Shown: in pieces, positions 8,861 through 18,236 of the stretch | Numbering within the stretch: the stretch's first letter is position 1 | How the letters are laid out: the number at the start of each line of letters is the position of its first letter | Source of the DNA: Candidatus Spongiisociaceae bacterium | GTDB lineage: Bacteria > Actinomycetota > Acidimicrobiia > Spongiisociales > Spongiisociaceae | NCBI GenBank assembly: GCA_965219685.1 | Contig: CBDCOH010000002.1 | Coordinates: 3,616,001-3,680,000, forward strand | Reading direction: 5' to 3' | Length of the DNA: 64,000 bases | Notes under the pieces: model-generated | The model's input: the letters and a program-made list of their open reading frames with translations, nothing else | Databases searched by the model: none | What the model was told of the DNA's origin: nothing | Translations under genes and position numbers: made by a program

Positions 8861-10489
8861 ATGACGTGGAATCCGAAAACGCTCGACTTCAAATCGGATC
8901 GTGGCGGATCCACCAAGACTCTCCGGCGACTCGCCAGGGCAGCAGCTTGCCTGGCGAACGGTCGAGGCGGAACCTTGGTTCTCGGCGTCGAGGATGACCG
9001 GGGAGGGACCGAGGCCTTCTCGGGTACGGATGTCGATGTGCTCAGTGCCCGTCGGTACATCTTCGAGACCGTGGATCCACCTCTCACCGTTTCGGTCGAT
9101 GAGCACTCGTATCGCGATACGAGGCTCCTGATCATTGGGGTTCCGGTCGGGGCGGATGTCCATGGCGTCGCCGGGCGGGTCACCCGACGCGTCGGACGTA
9201 GTTGTCTTCCGCTCGCCCCCGATCAGATAGCTGCACTCCACTCGGAGCGGGAGGGTCGTGACCCTTCGGAGCAGGTATCCGGGCGATCGGTTGACGAGTT
9301 GGACCGGTCGGCGGTGGATCTTGCGCCTCGACACCTGGGCCGGCTCACCGATGAGCGCCCGCATTGGGTGAATCTGTCGGATGCCGAGCTTGCACGAGCT
9401 CTCGGTGTGGCAACTCCGGACGGTGAGTTGCTGATCGCCGGCGAGCAACTCTTCTGCGTGCCTCCGGTCGAGTGCGTCAGCTACCAGCACAGGGTCAGCG
9501 CCGGAAGTCCGCCCGACGCCAGCGAGCGTTTGGCCGTGCCCCTGGTAGTGGCCTTCGACCGTACTCTCGCACTCATCGCAGTCCGTAACCGTTGGGAGCC
9601 CCTTTTGCTGCCGGATGGCCAACAGCTCCAACTGCAGCAGTATCCCGATGATGTGGTGCGGGAGGCCCTGGCCAACGCCCTCGTACACCGCAGGCTCGAC
9701 CTCTCTGATCCGGTACAGGTGGAACACTTCGATGACTCGTTGGCCATCACCTCGATGGGGCCCCTGGTTGGCGGTGTGACAGTTGACAACATCTTGACTA
9801 CTGCTTCACGGCCTCGGAACCGGCTGCTGGCACGGGCGTTTCGCCACCTCGGACTGATCGAGGAACTCGGTACCGGGATCGCTCGGATGTACCGGTCGAT
9901 GTTACGACTCGGCAAGCCGCCGCCCGAGTTTCTGGAGTCGGCGAATTCGGTCCGCGCCTCGGTATCCGGTGGTCCGGGCGGCCAGGCCTTCGCCCGCTTC
10001 GTCGCCTTGCTGGACGCGCCCGAACGGGACGACGTGGAGGTTCTGTTGGTTCTCCGACACCTTTGCATGAACAGCAGCGCCGGGGTCGCCGACATCGCGC
10101 CTCTACTGCAGCGTGGGCAGACCGGCGCCGCTCCCGCCTTGGCGCGGATGGCGGATGGCTCCTCCCCACTCATCGAGCCGGTCAACGCGTCGGCGAGTGG
10201 GCGCCGGATCCGCTACCGCCTTTCGAAGGCCGCCTCCGCCGGGCTCGGGTCAGCAGTCGAGCATCGACGCAACACCGTTCGTGATGTCGAGAGATCGGTG
10301 GAGGCGTATGTAAAGGAGCACGGTCGCATCACCAACCGGGTGGTCCGGAGCTTGTTCGGAGTCGGCACCCCGAGAGCCTCGGTGATCCTCCGGAACCTCG
10401 TCGCACGGCAGATACTGGAGCGGACCAGCGACGCAACTCGAGGGCCCACCGTCGAGTATGGACCCGGGCCGCTCATGATCGACTCATGA
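8861..10489 (+). CDS. AlbA_2 (Schlafen-like) + HATPase_c_4 (RecG C-terminal-like) + HTH protein; 5' end probably damaged
   Basis: TLDFK, ACLANGRGGTLVLGV, REALANALVHR, SRPRNRLLA, IEELGTGI, C-terminal GRITN HTH. Confidence 0.8.
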   Translation: MTWNPKTLDFKSDRGGSTKTLRRLARAAACLANGRGGTLVLGVEDDRGGTEAFSGTDVDVLSARRYIFETVDPPLTVSVDEHSYRDTRLLIIGVPVGADVHGVAGRVTRRVGRSCLPLAPDQIAALHSEREGRDPSEQVSGRSVDELDRSAVDLAPRHLGRLTDERPHWVNLSDAELARALGVATPDGELLIAGEQLFCVPPVECVSYQHRVSAGSPPDASERLAVPLVVAFDRTLALIAVRNRWEPLLLPDGQQLQLQQYPDDVVREALANALVHRRLDLSDPVQVEHFDDSLAITSMGPLVGGVTVDNILTTASRPRNRLLARAFRHLGLIEELGTGIARMYRSMLRLGKPPPEFLESANSVRASVSGGPGGQAFARFVALLDAPERDDVEVLLVLRHLCMNSSAGVADIAPLLQRGQTGAAPALARMADGSSPLIEPVNASASGRRIRYRLSKAASAGLGSAVEHRRNTVRDVERSVEAYVKEHGRITNRVVRSLFGVGTPRASVILRNLVARQILERTSDATRGPTVEYGPGPLMIDS

Positions 10490-10677
10490 CGGTTAGTCGT
10501 GCGACGTCCGGCCAAGGCCGGGGGGTTCTCGGGCCCGGTGCTCGAAGTTTTAGTCCTCCGCGGGAAGTACGAAAGGCTAAAACTAGTCTTGTATTCGATG
10601 AAACGTCTTGAGGTTGATACGGGGTTGGATTCTTGGGCACGGCGTTCGAAGGCTCGTCGAGTTGGGACCGACCGCCG

Positions 10678-10740
10678 AACGGGCAACGGTCAACTGGCAA
10701 CGGATTACGGGCAACGGGCACCGGATTACGCGCAACGGGG
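10678..10740. repeat. Degenerate heptamer tandem repeat (AACGGGC-like) just downstream of the Fic stop
   Basis: gaacgggcaacggtcaactggcaacggattacgggcaacgggcaccggattacgcgcaacggg, 7-nt period. Confidence 0.65.
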
Positions 10741-10748
10741 ATGAAGGG

Positions 10749-12248
10749 TCAACCACCCGGCGTGAGGTGCATGAACTTCCGAAGCGCCATTGCCAGCGAT
10801 TGATCGAGCCAGTCGCACAGTTCCTCGAAGCGATCTTCGGCGTCGTCGGTGTGGCAGAACATGAAGGGTTCCCACGAGGTCTCGACGAAGATGCCGTCGC
10901 GTCCCGAGAATTCCTGGCCGCGGATGCGGATTCTCCCGAACGACGTGATGGCCATCACCCCGGTGTAGGCGCTGGCCACGTGGTGGATCGAAGTCACGAA
11001 CCGGAGATCCACTCCGTTCACCGACATTCCCAGCAGCGACCACCACGTATTGGGTTTGAAGCAGGCGTAGTGCTCGGCTGCCTTCGCCGTCCTGATTATG
11101 TCGCGGCGCCACCACCTATCCCGGCGGTCGAGGAACGTCGGCCGGTCCGTCCACACGCGGGCCTGCTGTCCGGCCTCGGCGAACTCCCGGTCGATGTCGA
11201 AGCAGGCGTCTTGTAGCCAGTGCCATACGTGGTCGTGGAACCGGTCGGCGCGCATCTGGGCCTCGGTCCTTTTTTCCATCGCTTGGTCGATCAGATCCAG
11301 TTGCTCGGGATCTGCCGCCTCGCCGAGTAGCCACTGGTCCTCCATGGCGATGTCCGCGAGATGGTCGAGAGTCGAGTCCGCGAGTTCACGACGCACAGAC
11401 CGCAGCGCCAGTCCGGCGAACAGCCTGGCGAGCGGTGCCAGGTCTCCGTTGTTTGCCTCGTCCAAGGCCAGGAGATAGGCATCCCGCCGGCTCCCATCCA
11501 CCACGATCGGTGGATACTGTGCCCTCTCGAGAGGGAGGGCGGCCAGCGCTCTCCCCACCCGGCCGTTGCCGTCCTGGAAGGGATGGATCTGCTCGAACCG
11601 GTGGTGCAACCACGCGGCCACGACAACCGGATGCACGTCGTTCATCGACTCGTACAGATCGATCAGGCGCCGGATCTCGCCGTCCACCTGCTCCGGCGGA
11701 GCAAAGCTCAGCATGGTCCCGTCGGCGCGTCTCGCCCGGTTGGGAAACTTCTTGAAACTCCCGTGGTCCATCATGACCTGGGCGAAACGCCCCGTCGGGT
11801 CCGTGAGGAAGCAGAAGGGCTGAGCCCGGGTGATCAGGGCATGGAGTTCCCGGATGAAGGAGGAGGTCAGGGGACGACCCGCTCGGGCCAACTCGACGAC
11901 CATCTCGAGCCCTTCCTTGTGGGCGCTCAGCATCTGGAGGACCCCTGGAGGGACCTCCTCGTCGGCTGTGTCCGCCCCTCTGGTAATCCCCTTGATCACC
12001 ATCACCTCGGTGGTGGGCCGCTCCAGTTCGTACAGTCCCTCGATGATGCCGGTTTCGATGGCGTGCTTCCGGTAGGTCCGATGCAACGGGTAGGTGTGTT
12101 CGGCCCGACCGAACTCGGTCCGGTGCTCCTGCCACGAACGATGCACGGCGTCCAGCGTGGTCAGGTCGCGCCCCAACGCCGTCTCCACCGCCCGGTCGAG
12201 CGGCTCGATCGGACGCCAGCCCGTATTGCTCATCGCTGAGGTCGACAT
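10749..12248 (-). CDS. Fic/DOC-family protein with a C-terminal extension
   Basis: Canonical HPFQDGNGRVGR motif; N-terminal TGIIEG matches the (S/T)xxxE(G/N) auto-inhibitory motif. Confidence 0.9.
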   Translation of the reverse strand: MSTSAMSNTGWRPIEPLDRAVETALGRDLTTLDAVHRSWQEHRTEFGRAEHTYPLHRTYRKHAIETGIIEGLYELERPTTEVMVIKGITRGADTADEEVPPGVLQMLSAHKEGLEMVVELARAGRPLTSSFIRELHALITRAQPFCFLTDPTGRFAQVMMDHGSFKKFPNRARRADGTMLSFAPPEQVDGEIRRLIDLYESMNDVHPVVVAAWLHHRFEQIHPFQDGNGRVGRALAALPLERAQYPPIVVDGSRRDAYLLALDEANNGDLAPLARLFAGLALRSVRRELADSTLDHLADIAMEDQWLLGEAADPEQLDLIDQAMEKRTEAQMRADRFHDHVWHWLQDACFDIDREFAEAGQQARVWTDRPTFLDRRDRWWRRDIIRTAKAAEHYACFKPNTWWSLLGMSVNGVDLRFVTSIHHVASAYTGVMAITSFGRIRIRGQEFSGRDGIFVETSWEPFMFCHTDDAEDRFEELCDWLDQSLAMALRKFMHLTPGG

Positions 12249-12326
12249 AAGGTGTGTCCTACCGCGGGCCGGCCGATACCGCGTCCAATCGACCGGCTAC
12301 GCGATCCGCACACCAGTCACCAGCCC

Positions 12327-13076
12327 CTACTCGGGCTTGGTCCAGCCGAACTCCCTCACGTAGCCGCTGGAACCCGCTCCGATCCGGGCGTCTTCCAGCC
12401 GTCCGGCCTCCTCTAGGGCTATCTGGATCGGTACCGGGGTTCCGAGCCTGGTGCTGCCGGCTTCGACCATCTCGATGGCGTCGGCCAGGGTCAGGATGTC
12501 AGGTGAGGCTGCCTTCACCTCCACGTGATCGGGTAGCGCGGCCCGCATCGCCCGCACCTGCGCCACCGTACCGCCCCCGTACACCGACAGGCCCGTGGAG
12601 GTCTTGCCGAAGTCTGCGCCCGACTCGGTCACAACTCGGCAGGCGTCCTCCAGCTTCCCGGGGACCTGCTCCATCTCCGGGGATTCGATGATGGCCTTGG
12701 TGATCACATCCGGGTTCTCCGACTTGGCCGCCTCGACCACCGCCGCCGCGTCGCGGATGGCCGCATCGAGATCGCCGTACAGGATGGCCGACCATGCGGC
12801 CAGGAAGTCGATCTCGGTCGCTCCAGAGGCCACGCAGTCCTTGGTGGCCGCCACCTTGGCTGCCGTTCCCTCCAGCCCGATCGGCATGCTGACAATGCCT
12901 GACGTGGCGACCCGGTCGCCCATCCGCTTCGCCACACGTCCGACCCACCAGGGGTACACGCAGAAGGCGGCGACTCCCAACTCCACGCATTCGTCTGCCA
13001 TCCGGTCGAGCGTGTCGGGCCCGGCCCTCGGATCGATGCACACCTGGTCCAACATTTCCGTGATTTGTCTGGTCAT
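12327..13076 (-). CDS. deoC: Deoxyribose-phosphate aldolase-like class I aldolase
   Basis: FCVYP, GATEID, KAIIE, GADFGKTSTG (Schiff-base Lys), VKAA, AGSTRLGT; GGAGG RBS upstream; divergent member of the family. Confidence 0.8.
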   Translation of the reverse strand: MTRQITEMLDQVCIDPRAGPDTLDRMADECVELGVAAFCVYPWWVGRVAKRMGDRVATSGIVSMPIGLEGTAAKVAATKDCVASGATEIDFLAAWSAILYGDLDAAIRDAAAVVEAAKSENPDVITKAIIESPEMEQVPGKLEDACRVVTESGADFGKTSTGLSVYGGGTVAQVRAMRAALPDHVEVKAASPDILTLADAIEMVEAGSTRLGTPVPIQIALEEAGRLEDARIGAGSSGYVREFGWTKPE

Positions 13077-13516
13077 AAGGCTCTTACCTCCTGGGAACAG
13101 CCTACTTCGTTGGAGTTACGCGACCTCCCTCGAGAGGTGATCTAGGACTTGAGTCCGGGGCGCTGTACTCCGCGACCTCCCCAATGTTGCCCCGCTCCCT
13201 CAAGGCCACGTCGAACAGTACCCGCTAGGCGTTCTGCTGTGACAGGTTGGAGGCGGGGTAATCGTGGTGGCTCCAGTGGGCCGTTCCAGCGTGGTTGGGC
13301 CTTGTCCAAGCTGCGCCAAGAGCCGGGTATGGAATGAGGGGGCTTGACGGCCCGGTTACGGGCCGAGGAGACCGTAGACCGAGTCCAAATCGCTTGACGC
13401 ACTGTTCCGACGTAGTTAGCGTTATCAGTGCCCGAGAAAATGCGTATCCGTGCCTCGGATGCACACGAAGCGACTCATATCCATTGTGGTCACAACGTGG
13501 CTCGGCACGAGAAGGA

Positions 13517-14737
13517 GTGGGGAAATCGACTGACCGACAGGCCGCCGATAGAGCAAGGTCCGATTCCGGCAACACCGCATCGAATTCTCCCGCGGTCAGT
13601 CTCGAAAACGTCTCGAGGCGCTTCGGTGAATACGTTGCCGTTGACGGTGTCACGTTTGACGTGCAGCAAGGTGAGTTTTTCTCGATTATCGGTCCTAGTG
13701 GCTCCGGGAAGACCACCACCATCAGAATGATCGCCGGCCTTGAGGCCTTGTCGGAAGGGAAGATCAGCTTCTTCGGAGAGTCGGTGGTGGGCATACCCCC
13801 CTATCGGAGGGATTGTCCAATGGTGTTTCAACATTTCGCGCTCTTCCCTCATCTCAACGTGATCGAAAACGTGGCATTCCCGCTCAGGATGCGGGGAGAG
13901 AAGCGATCGGAGCGTTCCGAAGCAGCCAGGAAGGCGCTGGAGACCGTTGGTCTCGCCGGTCTCGGTGGCAGGCAACCGAATCAACTCAGTGGTGGACAGC
14001 AGCAGCGCGTCGCTCTGGCGCGAGCGATCGTTGCCAGACCCCGTGTTCTCCTGCTCGACGAGGCCCTGGGTTCGCTTGATGCAGCTCTACGCATCGAAAT
14101 GCAGGCTGAGTTGCGGCGTCTCCAGCGAGTTCTGGGATGCGCTGTGATCCATGTCACACACGATCAAAGCGAAGCACTAGCGATGGCGGACCGGATTCTC
14201 GTCCTGAACGCGGGGCGCATCGAACAGTTGGCCAGCCCGCAGGACATCTTCAGCCGACCGGCGACCCGGTTCGTAGCCAGGTTCGTCGGCAACAACAATC
14301 TGATCGATGGTCGTGTAGCCAGCATGTCGAAGGATGAAATGGGAATCGAGACGCCTCTCGGGACCTTTGTGTGCCTCGGACCTAGTAGGGATATGAAGGG
14401 ACGGCAAGTGACGTTGGTTATCCGTCCGGACGCTTTGAGACTTGTTGATGCGAGATCGCGCGAGAGTGGAACTCCCAAGCCTGACAGGCCTGGCTTGCAG
14501 TTTCCTGCCAGAGTGGTCGGAGCCAAGTACGAGGGAGCCAGTGTCACCTACAGTGTCACCAGCGAGACAGAGCCAACTCTTTCCCTCTCAATAGAAGAGA
14601 ACGCCTTCGTTAGGGCTATGAACCCACACCATCCTGGGGACGAGGTCATTGTCGAATGGCAGGGTGGTTCACCCCACCTGCTCCCCGGCGACCGGTCTAC
14701 AGATCTGGAAGTCCGCCAAACTCATGAAGGGGGTTAA
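13517..14737 (+). CDS. Polyamine-type ABC ATPase (PotA-like) with TOBE domain; start uncertain
   Basis: GPSGSGKTT, VFQHFALFPHLNV, LSGGQQQRVALARA, HVTHDQSEA, FVARFVG. Confidence 0.88.
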   Translation: MGKSTDRQAADRARSDSGNTASNSPAVSLENVSRRFGEYVAVDGVTFDVQQGEFFSIIGPSGSGKTTTIRMIAGLEALSEGKISFFGESVVGIPPYRRDCPMVFQHFALFPHLNVIENVAFPLRMRGEKRSERSEAARKALETVGLAGLGGRQPNQLSGGQQQRVALARAIVARPRVLLLDEALGSLDAALRIEMQAELRRLQRVLGCAVIHVTHDQSEALAMADRILVLNAGRIEQLASPQDIFSRPATRFVARFVGNNNLIDGRVASMSKDEMGIETPLGTFVCLGPSRDMKGRQVTLVIRPDALRLVDARSRESGTPKPDRPGLQFPARVVGAKYEGASVTYSVTSETEPTLSLSIEENAFVRAMNPHHPGDEVIVEWQGGSPHLLPGDRSTDLEVRQTHEGG

Positions 14738-14807
14738 CCGAGAGCTACTTGTACAACACACATGACCGATCTATCGGGCCTCAACACCGATTAGGAGGAG
14801 GAAGCGA

Positions 14808-16103
14808 ATGAAGGACCAATACCGAACCGATGTACCCCGTCATCTGAGTCGACGGGAGTTCCTACGGAGTGCAGGCTTGGGTGCTGTTGGCTTAGCCAGC
14901 CTTACCATCGTCGGCTGCGGCACCGGAGAGCAGGATGCTGAGGAAACAACCGATACAGCTCCTACTACAACACAGGCACCGACCACGACCATCCAGGCCC
15001 TGACTTTGCACCATGCTGAGCATAGCGCTTTCAACCCTGAGATCAACGCCCAAGAGTTCCAGCGGGTGTCGGGCATACCAACCGAGAGTACGGTTATAAC
15101 TTTCGAAGGCCTCGTCCCGGAATGGGTGCAAGGCGGGTATACACGTTGGGATACGATCGCACCGCAGGGAGCGCAGATGGCTCCCCTGATCGAGGCAGGC
15201 ACCCTACAGGTAGTAAGAGCGTCAGAACTCGAGCACTGGGACAAGGCACTGCCGGTATTCCGGGAGCCGGGAGCGGCCGGGCAAGATGCTGAGATGCACC
15301 CGTATTCACAGATCTATACAGAGGAGGCTATGGACTCGGGGCTCAATGACGAGCTTTGGGTTGTGCCCACGGTTTGGAATGGCGACACGATTGGCTACCG
15401 GACGGATCTGATCGACGAGGACCTCAACTCCTATGGTGCGTTGTGGGATCCGAAGTACCGGGGGCAGGTGGGTATCTTCAACTCTTCGCTGCGTGCTCCG
15501 ATGGAAGTCCTCTCGACCGTATCGTATGACGGGTCGTACCAGTTGGAAGGCACCATCGGCAACCCGAGTCAAGCTGATATCGACTATGCGATCGATTTCT
15601 TGATCGAGCGCAAGCGAGAGGGCCAATTCAGGGTTCTCTGGGACGACTACGGACAAGCTGTTGAGCTTCTCGCCAACGGTGAGATCTCCCTTCTGAATGC
15701 TTGGGAGACCATCGTAACCGAGGTCAGGTCTCGAGGTCTTCCAGCGATCTACGCTCCCGTACGCGAGGGCTACAACATGTGGTTCCACGGGATCTCGGTC
15801 TCTTCCGATACACCGAACCGCGAGGCAGCCATCCAGTTCATCAACTTCTGGCACAGCGGCTTTCCGGCATCGAAGGTCGTCAACTCGGGGTACATGACTC
15901 CGATCCCGGACACCGCTGAGGACCTCCTGAGGGAGACCGAGTCCCCCGACGAAGGTGTCAACGCGTGGGAGTACTGGTATAACGGTGGGGGCCGAGATAG
16001 AGGATCGGCCGCCGATATCGCCTCCAATGGAGGCTGGTGGTGGCAGTTCCCCGATGAGTCCGAGTACCTTGCCAATCGCTGGGAAGAGTTCGTCTCCGCC
16101 TAG
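14808..16103 (+). CDS. Tat-exported PotD/PotF-like substrate-binding lipoprotein
   Basis: SRREFL twin-Arg plus lipobox IVGCG; VPTVWN..IGY, LWDPKYRG, PVREG, AIQFINF; AGGAGG RBS. Confidence 0.85.
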   Translation: MKDQYRTDVPRHLSRREFLRSAGLGAVGLASLTIVGCGTGEQDAEETTDTAPTTTQAPTTTIQALTLHHAEHSAFNPEINAQEFQRVSGIPTESTVITFEGLVPEWVQGGYTRWDTIAPQGAQMAPLIEAGTLQVVRASELEHWDKALPVFREPGAAGQDAEMHPYSQIYTEEAMDSGLNDELWVVPTVWNGDTIGYRTDLIDEDLNSYGALWDPKYRGQVGIFNSSLRAPMEVLSTVSYDGSYQLEGTIGNPSQADIDYAIDFLIERKREGQFRVLWDDYGQAVELLANGEISLLNAWETIVTEVRSRGLPAIYAPVREGYNMWFHGISVSSDTPNREAAIQFINFWHSGFPASKVVNSGYMTPIPDTAEDLLRETESPDEGVNAWEYWYNGGGRDRGSAADIASNGGWWWQFPDESEYLANRWEEFVSA

Positions 16104-16209
16104 CCGTCCCGGGAACCCCCCTTCACATCATGAGAGGGTCATCACCTCGGCCGCTGTTGCGGAAGTGGGCCAACAGCGGCCGAGGTGCACAACGCCGATA
16201 GGGGATGAA

Positions 16210-17166
16210 GTGACGGGTTCAACACCTGATACGAACGGATCCGGTCGTCGACAGGACCATGTTGTCGAGGAACCGCCGAGGCCTTCGATCGCGGAGGTCG
16301 GTCCACCCCTGGAGGTCGGCCTCGAAACCGGGCAGAAGTGGTTGGCGCTGCCGGCGATACTCTGGCTGGCGGTCGGCCTGGGCGGGCCATTGTCGGCGGT
16401 CTTGCTCTTCAGCTTCTGGACGGGGACGTCGTTTGCGATGACCCCGGATCTGACCTTCGGCAACTACCAGTCGATCCTCGGATCCGGCGAGTTCTGGGGG
16501 TTGGTCCTCTGGACGTTGATAGTGCTACTCATCGTTCTAGCATTTGTAACACTACTCGGTATCCCAGTGGCCTACTTCTTGGCCTGTGCCGTTACCAATG
16601 ATGGCCTTAGAGCTGCCTTGCTGTTCGGGCTGTTCATTCCGTTCGTAGTTAGCTACGTCATTCGCTTGATAACCTGGCTACCGATGTTCGGCCGGGCGGG
16701 TCTCATCAATAGATTCGCCGTCAACCTGGGGATACTCGGCGAACCCAGCGATCAGCTGCTTTTCTCGCCGACAGCCATCGTCATAGCGCTGGTGTTCCTG
16801 TCGATAGCCTTCTTTGTCGGGCCGCTCTGCTTCAAGTTGCTACAGATCGACAAAGACTTGATTGCCGCCGCACAAAACTTGTCCGCGACCCCGACCCAGA
16901 TATTCCGGACAGTACAACTGCCGCTAGCCCGGCAAGCCATCTTCGCCGGATGGCTGTTCGTATCGGTCATCGTTCTCACCGACTTCGCAGTCGAGCGCCT
17001 CATCGGGGGAGGTCTGTCTCCGATGCTCGCAGGGACTGTATGGAGAAGGGCGGAGCTACTTCTCTGGCCACAGGCCAGCGCCTATGCCGTTGTCCTGATC
17101 GTGGTGACCTTTGCAATCATCGGTCTGTTCGTGAAGTTCGGGAAGCTCAGCGATGAGATACGGTAA
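16210..17166 (+). CDS. PotB-like ABC permease; start uncertain
   Basis: Six TM segments; IPFVVSYVIR, IDKDLIAAAQNL.A EAA loop. Confidence 0.85.
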   Translation: MTGSTPDTNGSGRRQDHVVEEPPRPSIAEVGPPLEVGLETGQKWLALPAILWLAVGLGGPLSAVLLFSFWTGTSFAMTPDLTFGNYQSILGSGEFWGLVLWTLIVLLIVLAFVTLLGIPVAYFLACAVTNDGLRAALLFGLFIPFVVSYVIRLITWLPMFGRAGLINRFAVNLGILGEPSDQLLFSPTAIVIALVFLSIAFFVGPLCFKLLQIDKDLIAAAQNLSATPTQIFRTVQLPLARQAIFAGWLFVSVIVLTDFAVERLIGGGLSPMLAGTVWRRAELLLWPQASAYAVVLIVVTFAIIGLFVKFGKLSDEIR

Positions 17167-17184
17167 AGCAGCAGGGGCGGCTGT

Positions 17185-18054
17185 GTGAGTAGTTCCCCTC
17201 TCCGGTTGAGCAAGCGAGCCCGCCTCCTTCTGGGAGTCCCGGCGGTCCTTGTCTTTGTGGGCGTGTATGCACCTATCCTACTTTCGATCGTGCTGTCCTT
17301 TCAAGGTCCCCTTGGTGGAGTCACCCTCCCAATCACCGAGCCGACGGTCATGTGGTATCAATCGTTGGTCGACCTGAACGTTATCACCGAGCATCCCGAC
17401 TATCGGGGCCAGCCTCTTACTGACTTCCGCCCGTCGATTATACGATCTCTGCTACTCGCGGTAACGACGGCGTTGGTATCCACATTTTTGGCGTTGATGG
17501 CTGCGCAAGCCTATCGAACAAGATTCCGTGGCCATTCGATCATTGCATACACTATGATCATCGCCCTAGTCATGCCTGGTCTGGCGTTGAGCGTTGGCAT
17601 GGTGTCACTGGCGGGTGAATTAGGTGTCGAGCCGGGACTGTTCGTAACCGGGCTGCCGATCCATGTGACTTGGACCCTGCCGTTTTGCTTCATATTCCTC
17701 GTCGTGATGTTCAGAAGGTTCGACCGGAGGCTGGAAGAGTCAGCGTATACGCTGGGGGCCACCCGTCTGAAGACATGGCTTCATGTAACGGTTCCCGTCA
17801 TGCGCCCAGCTATCGCGGGGTCTATGCTCTTCGCCTTCATGCTTAGTTTGGACGAATTCGCACGATCCATCTTCATAATGGCGAGCGACCGGACACTCCC
17901 ACTTGTTCTGGTATCTGCTGCTCGTATCAGGGTTACTCCCTCACTGTTCGCTCTTGGAATCGTATTCTTCCTGACGGCCGCGGCACTGGTTGCTATATAT
18001 GTTGTGATGACTGTCCGTTCACTACGACGGAATCTACCAACCGCTGGCCCATAA
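17185..18054 (+). CDS. PotC-like ABC permease
   Basis: FDRRLEESAYTLGA, FMLSLDEF, TLP. Confidence 0.88.
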   Translation: MSSSPLRLSKRARLLLGVPAVLVFVGVYAPILLSIVLSFQGPLGGVTLPITEPTVMWYQSLVDLNVITEHPDYRGQPLTDFRPSIIRSLLLAVTTALVSTFLALMAAQAYRTRFRGHSIIAYTMIIALVMPGLALSVGMVSLAGELGVEPGLFVTGLPIHVTWTLPFCFIFLVVMFRRFDRRLEESAYTLGATRLKTWLHVTVPVMRPAIAGSMLFAFMLSLDEFARSIFIMASDRTLPLVLVSAARIRVTPSLFALGIVFFLTAAALVAIYVVMTVRSLRRNLPTAGP

Positions 18055-18236
18055 CCCCCGGTTGTTCATGCGCGAGGTCTGTCGAAATGGACACATTGCG
18101 AGAAAAGCCCGCTGAACCTGGGAATATGGCATCAGGGAGCCCTATTCATGCGGGTCGCTCCGATCGACTGATGCTGTGTTCTACTTGTGATATCAGGCTG
18201 AGGAGGAGATCAGGGCGCTGAGCCGTTGCACCATTC

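Noticed and set aside
10547-10583. 37-bp GTTTTAGTCC...GGCTAAAAC resembling a type II/VI CRISPR repeat
   Set aside because: Single copy, no spacers and no cas genes; more simply a hairpin between convergent genes.
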